64,000 bases of DNA from Candidatus Latescibacterota bacterium (GTDB taxonomy: Bacteria; Latescibacterota; UBA2968), in assembly GCA_965207885.1 (NCBI GenBank), contig OZ242311.1, positions 1,248,001-1,312,000 of the forward strand, read 5' to 3'. Below are positions 10,629 through 19,612 of this stretch, in pieces (the stretch's first letter is position 1; the number at the start of each line of letters is the position of its first letter). The notes under the pieces are model-generated. The model saw only the letters and a list, made by a program, of their open reading frames with translations. It was not told where the DNA came from and searched no databases. The position numbers were made by a program, and so were the translations under genes.

Positions 10629-11443
10629 TGTATCGACACTGTATTTGTATAGGCGTATTGATTCTTCTGAGCCTTCCCCTATGGTCACAACAGAACACCG
10701 GGGATAGTCTGCCTTCACCTGGAGAGACGTTTCAAGATTGCGACGAATGTCCAAAGATGGTGGTGATACCATCGGGAAGATTCACGATGGGGTCATCCAT
10801 TCGTGAGGGAGGTGATAGTAATGAAAGACCGATGCGCAGGGTGCGTATAGATTACCGGTTTGCGGTGGGTGTATATGAAGTGACCTTTGACGAATGGTAT
10901 GCCTGTGCAGATGCAGGTGGTTGTGGAAGCTATATTCCGGATGATAGGGGCTGGGGCCGCGGGAATCGTCCTGTGATCAATGTGAATTGGAAAGATGCGC
11001 AGTCTTATGTGCGTTGGCTGTCTGCCCGGACGGGTAAAAGGTATCGTTTATTGAGTGAATCGGAATGGGAGTATGTGGCACGGGCGGGCACAGAGACGGC
11101 GTATAGCTGGGGTGACAGCATCGGTGTCAACCGTGCCAGTTGCAATGGTTGCGGCAGTCAGTGGGATGGTGAGCAGACAGCACCAGTGGGATCATTTGAG
11201 GCAAATGCCTGGGACGTTCACGATATGCACGGCAATGTGTGGGAATGGGTGCAAGATTGCTATAATTACAGCTATAATGGCGCACCTTCAGACGGATCTG
11301 CGTGGGAGTCTGAGGACTGTAGCAATCACGTACAGCGTGGAGGTTCGTGGTACAACGGACCGGGGGACTTGCGTTCGGCGAATCGCGACAAGAGTTCCCT
11401 CCGGTACAGCGGCGACGGTTTTCGAGTTGCCCGGGATTTTTAG
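10629..11443 (+). CDS. Secreted formylglycine-generating enzyme (FGE-sulfatase/SUMF1) family protein
   Basis: AAGGAG RBS and signal peptide; FQDCDECPKMVVIPSGRFTMGS, RLLSESEWEY, DMHGNVWEW and RGGSW...GFRVAR motifs. Confidence 0.9.
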
Positions 11444-11598
11444 TTGCACCAAGACAGATTCGGAATTCGGCAACAGCATCTCAAACGGAGGAACTCCAGT
11501 TCCACGATAGAGAACTCAAAACGGTTGCATAATCATCACGGATGCGCTCAGCCCCATCCGCAACATTTGACAATATCTTAGCAATGGGAGGAAGCCCG

Positions 11599-12627
11599 AT
11601 GAATAATAATTCTTGGTACATTTATCTCTCGTACATTATGGCTACGTTTTTGGGAATAATCGTATGGCTTATCTTTAAAGAAATGTCCGTTATTTCGAAT
11701 ATCATATTAGTCTTAGTAAGTATCTCTGCGATATATTACATCATATATAGCCATCGTCACCTCGAGCTAAGGATGTCTAATGCATTACGTATATGGTTGT
11801 TGATTATGGTCTTTGCATGCTCGTTTTTTATTTGTTCAAAATTAAAAGAAGACTCAGTCGATATTATGTCTTTTGCTGTACCTATAATCTTAGGAATGAT
11901 AACTATAATTTTAGGATTGCTTACTGACCAAACAGTAGAAGCCATCAAAAATAAGGTTGCAGATACTCAAAAAGCTGTTGAAGACATCAATACTACAATG
12001 GAAAATGTCAACACTACAATGAAAAATATTAGGGAAAAGATGGATATTCCACCTTCTTCTCATAAGTCCAGATCCAATATAAGCTTGACAATTTTTTTCC
12101 TATTCTGCTCGGTTGTTATCTTGGTAATAGGATCTTTAACATTCTATAAAACGAACTCTATTCTAACAAGCGTAGAATTCGTACAAGAGACAGCAGATTC
12201 TATTCTCACGCAAAATGCTAAAATCCAAACAAGCGTAGAATCCGTACAAGAGACAGCAGATTCTATTCTCACGCAAAATGCTAAAATCCAAACAAGCGTA
12301 GAATCCGTACAAGAGACAGCAGACTCTATTCTCACGCAAAATACCAAAATCCAAACAAGCGTAGAATCCGTACAAGAGACAGCAGACTCTATTCTCACGC
12401 AAAACGCTAAAATCCAAACAAGCGTAGAATTCGTACAAGAGACAGCAGATTCTATTCTCACGCAAAATACCAAAATCCAAACAAGCGTAGAATCCGTACA
12501 AGAGACAGCAGACTCTATACAGACCAAAACAGACTCTATCCTTACAAAAGTCTCTGATCTTGAAACTGAGATTGATACTTTGAAAACGCAAATGCGAAGA
12601 CTATTGGCAAATATAGACAGTCTTTAG
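11599..12627 (+). CDS. Multi-pass membrane protein with a tandem 21-aa coiled-coil-like repeat tail
   Basis: GGAGG RBS before MNNNSW; about 5 hydrophobic segments; C-terminal repeats of TSVExVQETADSILTQNxKIQ; AT-rich. Confidence 0.75.
   Translation: MNNNSWYIYLSYIMATFLGIIVWLIFKEMSVISNIILVLVSISAIYYIIYSHRHLELRMSNALRIWLLIMVFACSFFICSKLKEDSVDIMSFAVPIILGMITIILGLLTDQTVEAIKNKVADTQKAVEDINTTMENVNTTMKNIREKMDIPPSSHKSRSNISLTIFFLFCSVVILVIGSLTFYKTNSILTSVEFVQETADSILTQNAKIQTSVESVQETADSILTQNAKIQTSVESVQETADSILTQNTKIQTSVESVQETADSILTQNAKIQTSVEFVQETADSILTQNTKIQTSVESVQETADSIQTKTDSILTKVSDLETEIDTLKTQMRRLLANIDSL
12166..12518 (+). repeat. 63-bp intragenic tandem repeat, 5 full copies plus 1 partial
   Basis: Unit ACAAGCGTAGAAT(T/C)CGTACAAGAGACAGCAGA.TCTATTCTCACGCAAAA...AAAATCCAA starts at 12166, 12229, 12292, 12355, 12418 and 12481. 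Confidence 0.95.
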
Positions 12628-12640
12628 TGCATTGTAAAAA

Positions 12641-12820
12641 TGGAGTTCCCCGTTTTGTTGGAGTACAGAGTTCGGGTTTCAAGCCTGTGATTGATGCAGC
12701 TTTTCATAAACCATCGGCGCGTGATAGGCGATGGAAAAATGCCCACGATACGGATTATATCTTCCTTCAATGTATTCGAAGATGGCTAACCGAACTTCCT
12801 TACGCAGGCGGAAACCGCAA
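12641..12820 (-). pseudogene. IS3-family right-end remnant (terminal IR plus OrfB C-terminus)
   Basis: TGGAGTTCCCCGTTTTGTTGGA resembles the IR of the intact IS at 13197. The minus strand reads RLAIFEYIEGRYNPYRGHFSIAY..PMVYE, paralogous to the OrfB tail KLSIFEYIEGWYNPHRRHSAIRYQSPITYE. Confidence 0.8.
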
Positions 12821-13201
12821 CTATCTGTGTTCATCGGCGGTTCTCGGTGGTTGTTTTTAAGGAGATAAATTAGGCAGAGAGTGTTCAGTAGTATTTTCGT
12901 TCTATTTTCACTGGGATTCTTCACATTGTTGGATGGCGTTGGCCAATCATACTGAATGCTACTCCTGGCATCCCGGTCTTGCGAAGGACGAGACCGGGAC
13001 CTGGTCTGGCGAGTGTTCCGGCGGCTTGGTCCAAGGAAAGGAAACACGCATCAATAATCAGGTAAACCAATTTTCGTCTGGATGAGACGGGCGACCATTT
13101 AAACGGAGATGGCGATTTAAAAAGGAGGACCTGCGATGCATTTGTACACCGTTTGAAATTTAATGGGACAAGTTCTATCACAAGAAAAGGAGGTATTGGA
13201 G

Positions 13202-14053
13202 TTACCCCGTTTTAGTGGATAGTGTAGAACTTTCAACCCCGTCACCTTTTGCCATCAGTTTTTCATAGGTGATGGGCGATTGGTACCTGATCGCAGAGTG
13301 TCTGCGGTGTGGGTTATACCACCCTTCAATATACTCGAAGATAGACAGTTTGGCCTGATTATGATTGGGGAAGCTATGCCGGTCTATCAACTCGCATTCA
13401 AGGGTAGCAAAGAAGCTTTCACACAAGGCATTGTCAAAGCAATCGCCAACCGATCCGACAGAGGGTTTGACCCCCATTCTTGCACAGCGTTGACCAAAGG
13501 CATAAGAGGTATATTGAGCGCCTTGATCTGAATGATGGATGACCCCATCTGGTCGTCGGTTCCAAAGTGCCATATCCAAGGCATCTAAGACCAGTTGGGT
13601 CTTCAGATGCGAGGCCATTGCCCAACCAACTACGCGTCTGGAGAAGGCGTCGAGAACAACAGAGAGATACAAAAAGCCAGACCAGGTTTTTATGTAGGTA
13701 ATATCAGCGACCCACAGCTTGTTGGGCTTATCAACCCTAAAGTCTCGCTTAACCAGATCAGGGGCTTTCTCGTCTGTGATAGACCGGTATGTAGTCAGGA
13801 TACCTTTTCTTCGGCTCACACCACATATATTGGCTTGTCGCATCAGTCTTGCGACCCGTTTCTTGCTGATGTGGACACCTACTTCGCGCAGATCCTGAAA
13901 GATACGCGGTGCGCCATAGGTTCCATTAGAACGCTGATGAAAGGTGCTTATTTGTTCTGTTAACTTTTCATCGTCCTTTGCCCGTTTAGATAAAGGTCTA
14001 TTACACCAGGCATAATACCCACTGGTGGAGACACCCAGCACGCGGCATAGCAT
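13202..14053 (-). CDS. IS3 transposase OrfB (DDE integrase core)
   Basis: WVADITY, DAFSRRVVGW, HHSDQGAQY and DNALCESFFATLECE motifs; the frame extends upstream (KIFRYIKAHQ) to the frameshift site. Confidence 0.93.
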   Translation of the reverse strand: MLCRVLGVSTSGYYAWCNRPLSKRAKDDEKLTEQISTFHQRSNGTYGAPRIFQDLREVGVHISKKRVARLMRQANICGVSRRKGILTTYRSITDEKAPDLVKRDFRVDKPNKLWVADITYIKTWSGFLYLSVVLDAFSRRVVGWAMASHLKTQLVLDALDMALWNRRPDGVIHHSDQGAQYTSYAFGQRCARMGVKPSVGSVGDCFDNALCESFFATLECELIDRHSFPNHNQAKLSIFEYIEGWYNPHRRHSAIRYQSPITYEKLMAKGDGVESSTLSTKTG

Positions 14054-14082
14054 GGTGATCGGATGGATGGCCTGATGCGCCT

Positions 14083-14394
14083 TTATGTATCTGAAGATTT
14101 TGGGGGTATCGCATCGGTCTCCGCTGCGAACCAGGCCGCGGCTTTTGCAAGGATCTCACGCTCTTGACGCAAGCGTTTATTTTCTTTGCGAAGCCGCTGA
14201 AGTTCTTCTCGCTCACGACTGGTCAACCCATCGTCCCGACGGCCTTCATCGCGGTCTGCTTGACGCACCCAGGCACTGATCGTCTGAGCGGTCGGCTCAA
14301 ACTCTTTGGCCAAATCGCTGGCACTACGGCCTGATCTGACCAGCGCGACCATTTGCTGGCGAAATGCTGATGGATATGATCTTTTTCTTCCCAT
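14083..14394 (-). CDS. IS3 transposase OrfA (HTH), with a probable -1 frameshift at C CCA AAA (14098-14104)
   Basis: YPSAFRQQMVALV and EREELQRLRKENKRLRQEREILAKAAAWFA; an X XXY YYZ slippery heptamer joins it to the OrfB frame. Confidence 0.9.
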   Translation of the reverse strand: MGRKRSYPSAFRQQMVALVRSGRSASDLAKEFEPTAQTISAWVRQADRDEGRRDDGLTSREREELQRLRKENKRLRQEREILAKAAAWFAAETDAIPPKSSDT

Positions 14395-14449
14395 TGCGGA
14401 CTCCTTTCTCTGAAAGAGATAAGTTGTCCACTAAAACGGGTCAAGTCCA

Positions 14450-15306
14450 CTTGGTCTTTTTCAGAAGGACTGGCTCGTGTGAAATTTGGTGATAGGTATG
14501 GGTATATCAACCGTGAAGGACGATATGTTATCAACCTGCTATTTGACGATGCTGAGGATTTTTCAGACAGCCTAGCCGCTGTGAGCATTGGTGGCAAGAA
14601 GATCTATCTCGATACCCTCAAGAGTTTTATTATAATATCTGACAAGTGGGGGTATATCAACAGAGAAGGACAATATGTTATCAACCCCCAATTTGATGAT
14701 GCCAGGTCTTTTTCAGAAGGACTGGCTTTTGTGGAGAATGGTGACAAGGAGGGGTATATCAACAGAGAAGGACAATTGGTTATCAAACTGACATATGAAT
14801 ATGGCTGGGGTAGGGATTTTTCAGAAGGCCTGGCTCCTGTGTGGATAGGTAACAGTGACAGGTATGGGTATATCAATAAGGAGGGAAAATATGTTATCAT
14901 TCCCCAATTTGACGGTGCTGAAGCTTTTTCAGAAGGTCTGGCTCGTGTGAGTATTAGTTACAAGTATGGATATATCAACAGAGAAGGACAATATGTTATC
15001 AATCCCCAATTTTCCTCTGCTGAGTCTTTTTCAGAAGGCCTGGCTCCTGTGAAAATTGATGGCAAGTGGAGGCATATCAATAAGGAAGGACAAGTTGTCA
15101 TCAAACCCCAATTTGACTATGCTGGAACTTTTTCAGAAGGTTTGGATCCTGTAAAAATGGACAATAAGTGGGGGTATATCAACAAGGAAGGGCAAGTTGT
15201 CATCAAACCCCAATTTGATGATGCTGGGTCTTTTTCAGAAGGCCTGGCTCCTGTAAAAATTGGTGAAAAGTGGGGGTATATCAGTAAGGCGTCTTTTGAG
15301 AAATGA
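14450..15306 (+). pseudogene. WG-repeat (KWG-type) protein, 5'-truncated by the IS3
   Basis: Repeats of FSEGLAxVxxxxKWGYINxEGQxVIxPQFD. The frame begins mid-repeat (SFSEGLARVK) immediately at the IS end, with no N-terminus. Confidence 0.8.
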
Positions 15307-15483
15307 TGGCGTTCCCCCCTTTTGGTTCTGAATCGCGGCTAAATTCAAACGTGCTTTATTAGGCGCGTTGACGCCACCCTCTTATCGCGTCACTCTGTTG
15401 CGTCTAACCTGCGTCTAAATTCATCGAGATCGGACACCTGTATCGCCACTACTTGAGGCGTGAGATGGGGGCATTTCAGGCAT

Positions 15484-15567
15484 CAATTGTCAGTTTCAAT
15501 AGAGACAATTTCCTACAATTGTCATTCTCAATAGCGACAACTTTCCGCAATTGTCTATCTCGATAGG
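15484..15567. repeat. Array of ~2.6 direct repeats with a 32-bp period, each internally palindromic (TTGTC-N12-GACAA)
   Basis: CAATTGTCAGTTTCAATAGAGACAATTTCCTA, then CAATTGTCATTCTCAATAGCGACAACTTTCCG, then CAATTGTCTATCTCGATAGG. Confidence 0.75.
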
Positions 15568-15729
15568 TGTTTTGTCAAGAACACTTCCAACATCGCTCTT
15601 TTATCTAACGAGGTATCAGACGAATATCCAGACGACTGAATCGCCGTGCGGTGCAACTGCTTGAGGCATTGGAAATCGTCGATAGCGACAATGCGAGCAG
15701 ATAGTGGGTGTGACGCAGCGAGATCAAAT

Positions 15730-16044
15730 CTATTGCGATACGAGCATTTTGGCGAGATCGGATTTGGTAACGCCAAGCGCGAAGAGGGAACGTATCATTA
15801 GATCTACAGAAACAGAGGGATCGCCCGCTTCGATTTTGGCAACACGAGATTGACTGGATTTGAGGCATTCTGCCAGTTGTGTTTGGGTCAAATTTTCTCG
15901 CTCACGACATTGACGCACTTTCTTGCTCAACGTGATCTTGAGGTCAATATAGGCGGCTTCTTCGTCGGTCAGGTTCAGAAAATCGTCTGTTGAACCCACA
16001 CGCCATCCAGCAGCCTCGAGAAGTTTTTTCTTTTTTTTATTCAT
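15730..16044 (-). CDS. XRE-family HTH antitoxin (HigA-like)
   Basis: LTQTQLAECLKSSQSRVAKIEAGDPSVSVD HTH; downstream of a RelE-like toxin. Confidence 0.85.
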   Translation of the reverse strand: MNKKKKKLLEAAGWRVGSTDDFLNLTDEEAAYIDLKITLSKKVRQCRERENLTQTQLAECLKSSQSRVAKIEAGDPSVSVDLMIRSLFALGVTKSDLAKMLVSQ

Positions 16045-16047
16045 GAG

Positions 16048-16383
16048 TCATCCTATCGAATCGTAGTGTAGTAGCCGTCTTTTACAAATATCAATGATTC
16101 TTTTGGGCGTCTGACGAGTCCTTTTTTTAAAAACTTCTGCTATGACGATGGCATCCGAATCAATGCGATAGATAATTCGCCAGGTCTCATTCTGATCCCG
16201 AACTCTCAATTCGTAACAATGCCTTCCTATGGAGGGCATTGGTCTGGCTTGAGGCATTGAAAGCAATTCACCGGCTTGAAGACTACGAAGAAGAAAACCC
16301 GCTTCGATTCTCGCCGCTGGAGAAAATGGGGGTGTCTTGATTTGTCCGTGAAGCCATACCAGAGGTTTGCCAGAAGGGCTCAT
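16048..16383 (-). CDS. RelE/HigB-type (phage Gp49-like) toxin
   Basis: KPLVWL..IKTPPFS, RPMPSIG..CYELRV..WRIIYRID and F.KRTRQTP motifs. Confidence 0.85.
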   Translation of the reverse strand: MSPSGKPLVWLHGQIKTPPFSPAARIEAGFLLRSLQAGELLSMPQARPMPSIGRHCYELRVRDQNETWRIIYRIDSDAIVIAEVFKKRTRQTPKRIIDICKRRLLHYDSIG

Positions 16384-16390
16384 AAAAGAA

Positions 16391-16414
16391 ATATATGTCA
16401 AATATGACATATAT
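16391..16414. promoter_or_regulatory. Probable TA autoregulatory operator
   Basis: Perfect palindrome ATATATGTCA-AATA-TGACATATAT directly upstream of the toxin start codon. Confidence 0.65.
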
Positions 16415-16710
16415 CAAAAGAGAAAATTTAACTGTGACAAATGCCTGATAGGAAAATGAAGGGAGAGTTCACCCGTTTTAATGGAAATCAATTCTGTTGT
16501 TTGTTCCACTGTCCGATGTTCAAGCCATGAAACGCGATCTAAAAAGTTAAGGCCAGAGGCTTTTTGGCCTCCGGCCAGAATTTCATCTATTACAGCGGAT
16601 GGTGCAATAACGCGAGAATACAATCGGGGCAATAGGTTGAGTTGCTTCACGCCCGCCAATGCAATGAGCGGACTGGAATCTGCGATCAGAAACACGTCAT
16701 TTATAGCCAA
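16414..16710 (-). pseudogene. Truncated PIN-domain toxin (DUF3368-like)
   Basis: IADSSPLIAL and VIAPSAVIDEI give the N-terminal PIN half; the C-terminal acidic motifs (GExEA, DD) are not seen. Confidence 0.7.
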
Positions 16711-16948
16711 ATTCTGTATCGAGTTGATCATCATCCAGATCAACAACAGGGATGTTCAGTGTACTGACCTTTGCGAGAAACTCAGGCTTGCTTAAACCGG
16801 ATAATTCCGCTGCCTTTCCAGCAGAAATCCGGCGGAGTTCAAAGAATTTCAAAGCCAATAAAAAACGCGCTTCTCGTTCAAATACTTCGTGTTCTTGCCC
16901 GGTGATCAAGAGCAGATCTTCAGAATATGGGATATTCAATATTTTCAT
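16697..16948 (-). CDS. UPF0175-family antitoxin
   Basis: LALKFFELRRISAGKAAELSGLSKPEFL; overlaps the start of the PIN gene. Confidence 0.82.
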   Translation of the reverse strand: MKILNIPYSEDLLLITGQEHEVFEREARFLLALKFFELRRISAGKAAELSGLSKPEFLAKVSTLNIPVVDLDDDQLDTEFGYK

Positions 16949-16991
16949 ATTTTACCCTGTCAGATCGGACATAAGACTAAAAAACATTTAG

Positions 16992-17159
16992 TTACTCGAA
17001 AATGACAACATCCCAATTATATCCAAAAGGCCCTGTATTATCAAGGGCTTCTTGTTCGGCGCCTTCCTCTCTACCCTGTTCAATGCCCTGTTCAAAACCT
17101 TCCTCTCTGCATTGCTGGGTAAAGGATTGAAAAAGAGATGATTCGCGGATGAGATCCAT
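16992..17159 (-). pseudogene. Rpn (recombination-promoting nuclease / Transposase_31) C-terminal fragment, probably frameshifted
   Basis: Not in the ORF track. Reads MDLIRESSLFQSFTQQCREEGFEQGIEQGREEGAEQE; a plausible continuation, IQGLLDIIGM, lies in another frame. Confidence 0.55.
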
Positions 17160-17189
17160 GTGGGCTTCTCTTTGTAAAGTGTTTTATAC

Positions 17190-17621
17190 TCACTGACCGT
17201 TTGTTGTATTCCCATTTTGATCTTCTAAGGCAGCGCGTATGGCTTCTATGTCAATATCCGGATGCATTTTTTTAACGATAGCAATGGTTTCCTCATGTCC
17301 TTTTCTTTGCCCATCCTGGAAGCGTTTTTCAAGATATCTTTCAGTCTCAGCACGAATTTTTTGAACTGGAACGATCATGAGATTTACCCCCTCTATAATG
17401 AAGAATGCCAAAGTGATAGCAGAGAGACCTATGGATCCTATGATACTGATTACCGTAATAATTGCATCGTAATCAGGTTCAGTAATTTTGCTCCAATTGT
17501 ACCAAAGGACCAGTGATAGAGAAGAGACAAAGAACAGTGCTGCTAAAGCTATCAGCCATGTTCTTTCTGTGTCTCCAGTGCTCCAAATCGACACCCTTTC
17601 TTCGTCTATTTTCTCCGCCAT
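17190..17621 (-). CDS. Hypothetical membrane protein (2 TM segments plus a charged tail)
   Basis: Two hydrophobic segments followed by RYLEKRFQDGQRKGHEE; RBS upstream. Confidence 0.7.
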   Translation of the reverse strand: MAEKIDEERVSIWSTGDTERTWLIALAALFFVSSLSLVLWYNWSKITEPDYDAIITVISIIGSIGLSAITLAFFIIEGVNLMIVPVQKIRAETERYLEKRFQDGQRKGHEETIAIVKKMHPDIDIEAIRAALEDQNGNTTNGQ

Positions 17622-17785
17622 TCTGTTGTGCCTTTTCTTTTCGCTCTATGTTCCCTATATAAGTATAGAAAAAATAGATTTCTAATGCAATATCGGCCTG
17701 GGTATGGTTTCAATGTCTGCCATAAGAGATGCCTCAGGTCTGAGAGTTGGTCGTATTTTGAACGAACGCAACAGTCAGAACTCAA

Positions 17786-17801
17786 GCAAATATCAGGCCA
17801 A
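17786..17801 (-). promoter_or_regulatory. Sigma54-type promoter pointing into the island
   Basis: Minus strand TTGGCCTG-ATAT-TTGC, with GG-N10-GC spacing. Confidence 0.5.
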
Positions 17802-18161
17802 TATCACAAAATTAAGCGATAAAAGAGGCTCGAAAGAAGTTCAGGAACCTTATTATGCTGTATTGCGCTATTGTTTACAACTTGAATTTGTGGATCGTCT
17901 GTTGACGCGGGGCTCAAGCGTTGGCGGCAAAAGTGTAAATTTTGAGCAATAAATGATTAGTATGGTGAAAGATATGTACTTCTCATCATGCCACGATGAC
18001 AGACAAAAATTACTGGATCGCGGCTAACCCCCTGCCGCGATGACGAGAGTTGGAGACTGCTCAATACCATGTCGCGATAACGGCTCTGGTGATCGACAGG
18101 TTGCTCCAAATCTGAATGAAAAAGCTCAAAACCCTGTATGCCTACTGGTATCAATAGATTT

Positions 18162-18230
18162 TTACTCGCTCCGCAGGGAATCCACAGGATTAGCTCCCGC
18201 AGTTCTAACTGCCTGCCATCCCACCATCAT
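18162..18230 (-). pseudogene. Last codons of an FtsX/MacB-type ABC permease (remnant)
   Basis: Minus strand reads MVGWQAVRTAGANPVDSLRSE*, typical of the C-terminus of these permeases; the rest of the gene is absent. Confidence 0.5.
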
Positions 18231-18367
18231 TAAATCATTCCTCAAAAAATAGATCAAGTCAACACTTTTTCTACTGCAAAGTTCTTGTGTACTCAACGAC
18301 AGTGTTTTATAATGTGCTTCATCAAACGAGCCCCTAATCTAACCGCACAAAAACAAAAGAGGCCGCT

Positions 18368-19612
18368 ATGAACAACACCGCCACAATACACACCCGCGCC
18401 TGGGCGGGTGATGAAGCTCTCACCCTCACCTTTCCCGAAGGCTGGACAGTCGAAACCTTTGGCCCAGAGGAATGCCCTCAAGTCACCGCAGAGCAAATCC
18501 AGACCGCCTTTGACAACCCCATCGGCACACCGCGGATATCAGAACTCGCCAGAGGAAAAAACAGCGCCGCAATCATCGTAGATGACCTGAGTCGTCCCAC
18601 ACCCGCTGCCGAACTCATCCCCTATGTCCTCAAAGAACTCGACACCGCAGGCATACCCAAAAATCAAATCCGCTTTGTCGTAGGTGGGGGATCTCACCGC
18701 CCAATCGACGCGGAAGAAATCGACAAAAAAGTAGGCGCTGATATCGCCCGCGCATATCAAGTCACAAACCACCACTTCATGGGCGGCGACCTGCGCGCCC
18801 TGGGCAGCCTGGACAGCGGCCTCCCCATTTACATCGACAGAATTGTCGCAGATGCCGACCTCAAGCTCTGCGTTGGCGGCATCTATCCCCACGCCAACGT
18901 GGGTTTTGGCGGCGGCGCTAAGCTCATCTTACCAGGCGTATCGGGCTTTGCCACCATGTTCTACTTTCACACCTTTTACGCAAATCGGGGACACGCCAAT
19001 ATTGAACGACAGGGCGACGAACCAGACCATCGAGACGCCGCCGAAGCAGTCGCAAAAGTCCTGGGCCTCGATGCCGTCGTCAACGTAACACTCAACCGCA
19101 AACGCCAGATCACCGGTGTATTTGTGGGCGACTTCATCCAGGCGCAACGCACAGGTGCCCGATTCGCACGAAAAACCTACGCAACCCGGACACCCGAAAC
19201 AGAGCCTGACCTCGTCATAGCCAACGCCTATCCGCTCGACTACGACCCCGTACAAACCGCCAAAGCACTCTGGCCGCTTCGGCTGTTCAAAAACGCGTAC
19301 AAAGTCGCCATCAATCCCGCCACCGATGGCATCTGTCACCACGGACTATACGACGAAATAGACTACGCGCGGTTTTGCAAACAGCAATCCCAACAGCCCC
19401 AGCAAGAACTCCCCGAACCCAAAATTGAAGGCCCGCACCAGACCCTGATGTGGTCTGAAAACTTCCCGGTTGACGAATTTTACAAACGCAATCCCGACGG
19501 CATTCTCTTCCGCGATTGGTACACACTCCGCAACCAACTCATTGAAAAATTGCCCGATAATGCCCGAGTCGCCGTTTTTCCCAATGCAGCCATCCAAATT
19601 TCCGAAAAATAA
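18368..19612 (+). CDS. Lactate racemase (LarA) domain protein
   Basis: NPIGTPRI, IIVDDLSRPTP, GSHRP and PH..GFGGGAKLILPG motifs. Confidence 0.85.
   Translation: MNNTATIHTRAWAGDEALTLTFPEGWTVETFGPEECPQVTAEQIQTAFDNPIGTPRISELARGKNSAAIIVDDLSRPTPAAELIPYVLKELDTAGIPKNQIRFVVGGGSHRPIDAEEIDKKVGADIARAYQVTNHHFMGGDLRALGSLDSGLPIYIDRIVADADLKLCVGGIYPHANVGFGGGAKLILPGVSGFATMFYFHTFYANRGHANIERQGDEPDHRDAAEAVAKVLGLDAVVNVTLNRKRQITGVFVGDFIQAQRTGARFARKTYATRTPETEPDLVIANAYPLDYDPVQTAKALWPLRLFKNAYKVAINPATDGICHHGLYDEIDYARFCKQQSQQPQQELPEPKIEGPHQTLMWSENFPVDEFYKRNPDGILFRDWYTLRNQLIEKLPDNARVAVFPNAAIQISEK

Larger units (their letters stand above)
13197..14449 (-). mobile_element. IS3-family insertion sequence, about 1253 bp
   Basis: Terminal IRs TGGAGTTACCCCGTTTTAGTGGATA and TGGACTTGACCCGTTTTAGTGGACA; orfA plus orfB; no obvious target-site duplication. 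Confidence 0.93.

Noticed and set aside
12166-12518. Possible CRISPR array (regular ~63-bp period)
   Set aside because: There are no unique spacers. The whole unit repeats in frame inside a CDS, and no cas genes are present.
10629-12627. Complete DGR locus
   Set aside because: I found no reverse transcriptase, avd gene or adenine-rich template repeat in the window. It is kept only as a remote-target hypothesis.
12920-13030. Possible further IS3 integrase fragment (IVGW-like) on the plus strand
   Set aside because: The similarity is a few residues and requires frameshifts, so it is not supportable without an alignment.
15350-15420. Integron attC-like cores (GTTAGAC / GCCTAAT on the minus strand)
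   Set aside because: There is no convincing paired R/L box hairpin, the motif does not recur between other island genes, and no integrase is present.
16988-17215. 75-aa ORF from the track
   Set aside because: An overlapping frame (16992-17159) gives a recognisable Rpn-tail sequence. The track ORF probably carries only its frameshifted end.
18012-18045. REP-like hairpin ATCGCGGC-N9-GCCGCGAT
   Set aside because: It is a single copy in the window with no associated nuclease or transposase, so it cannot be supported as an element.
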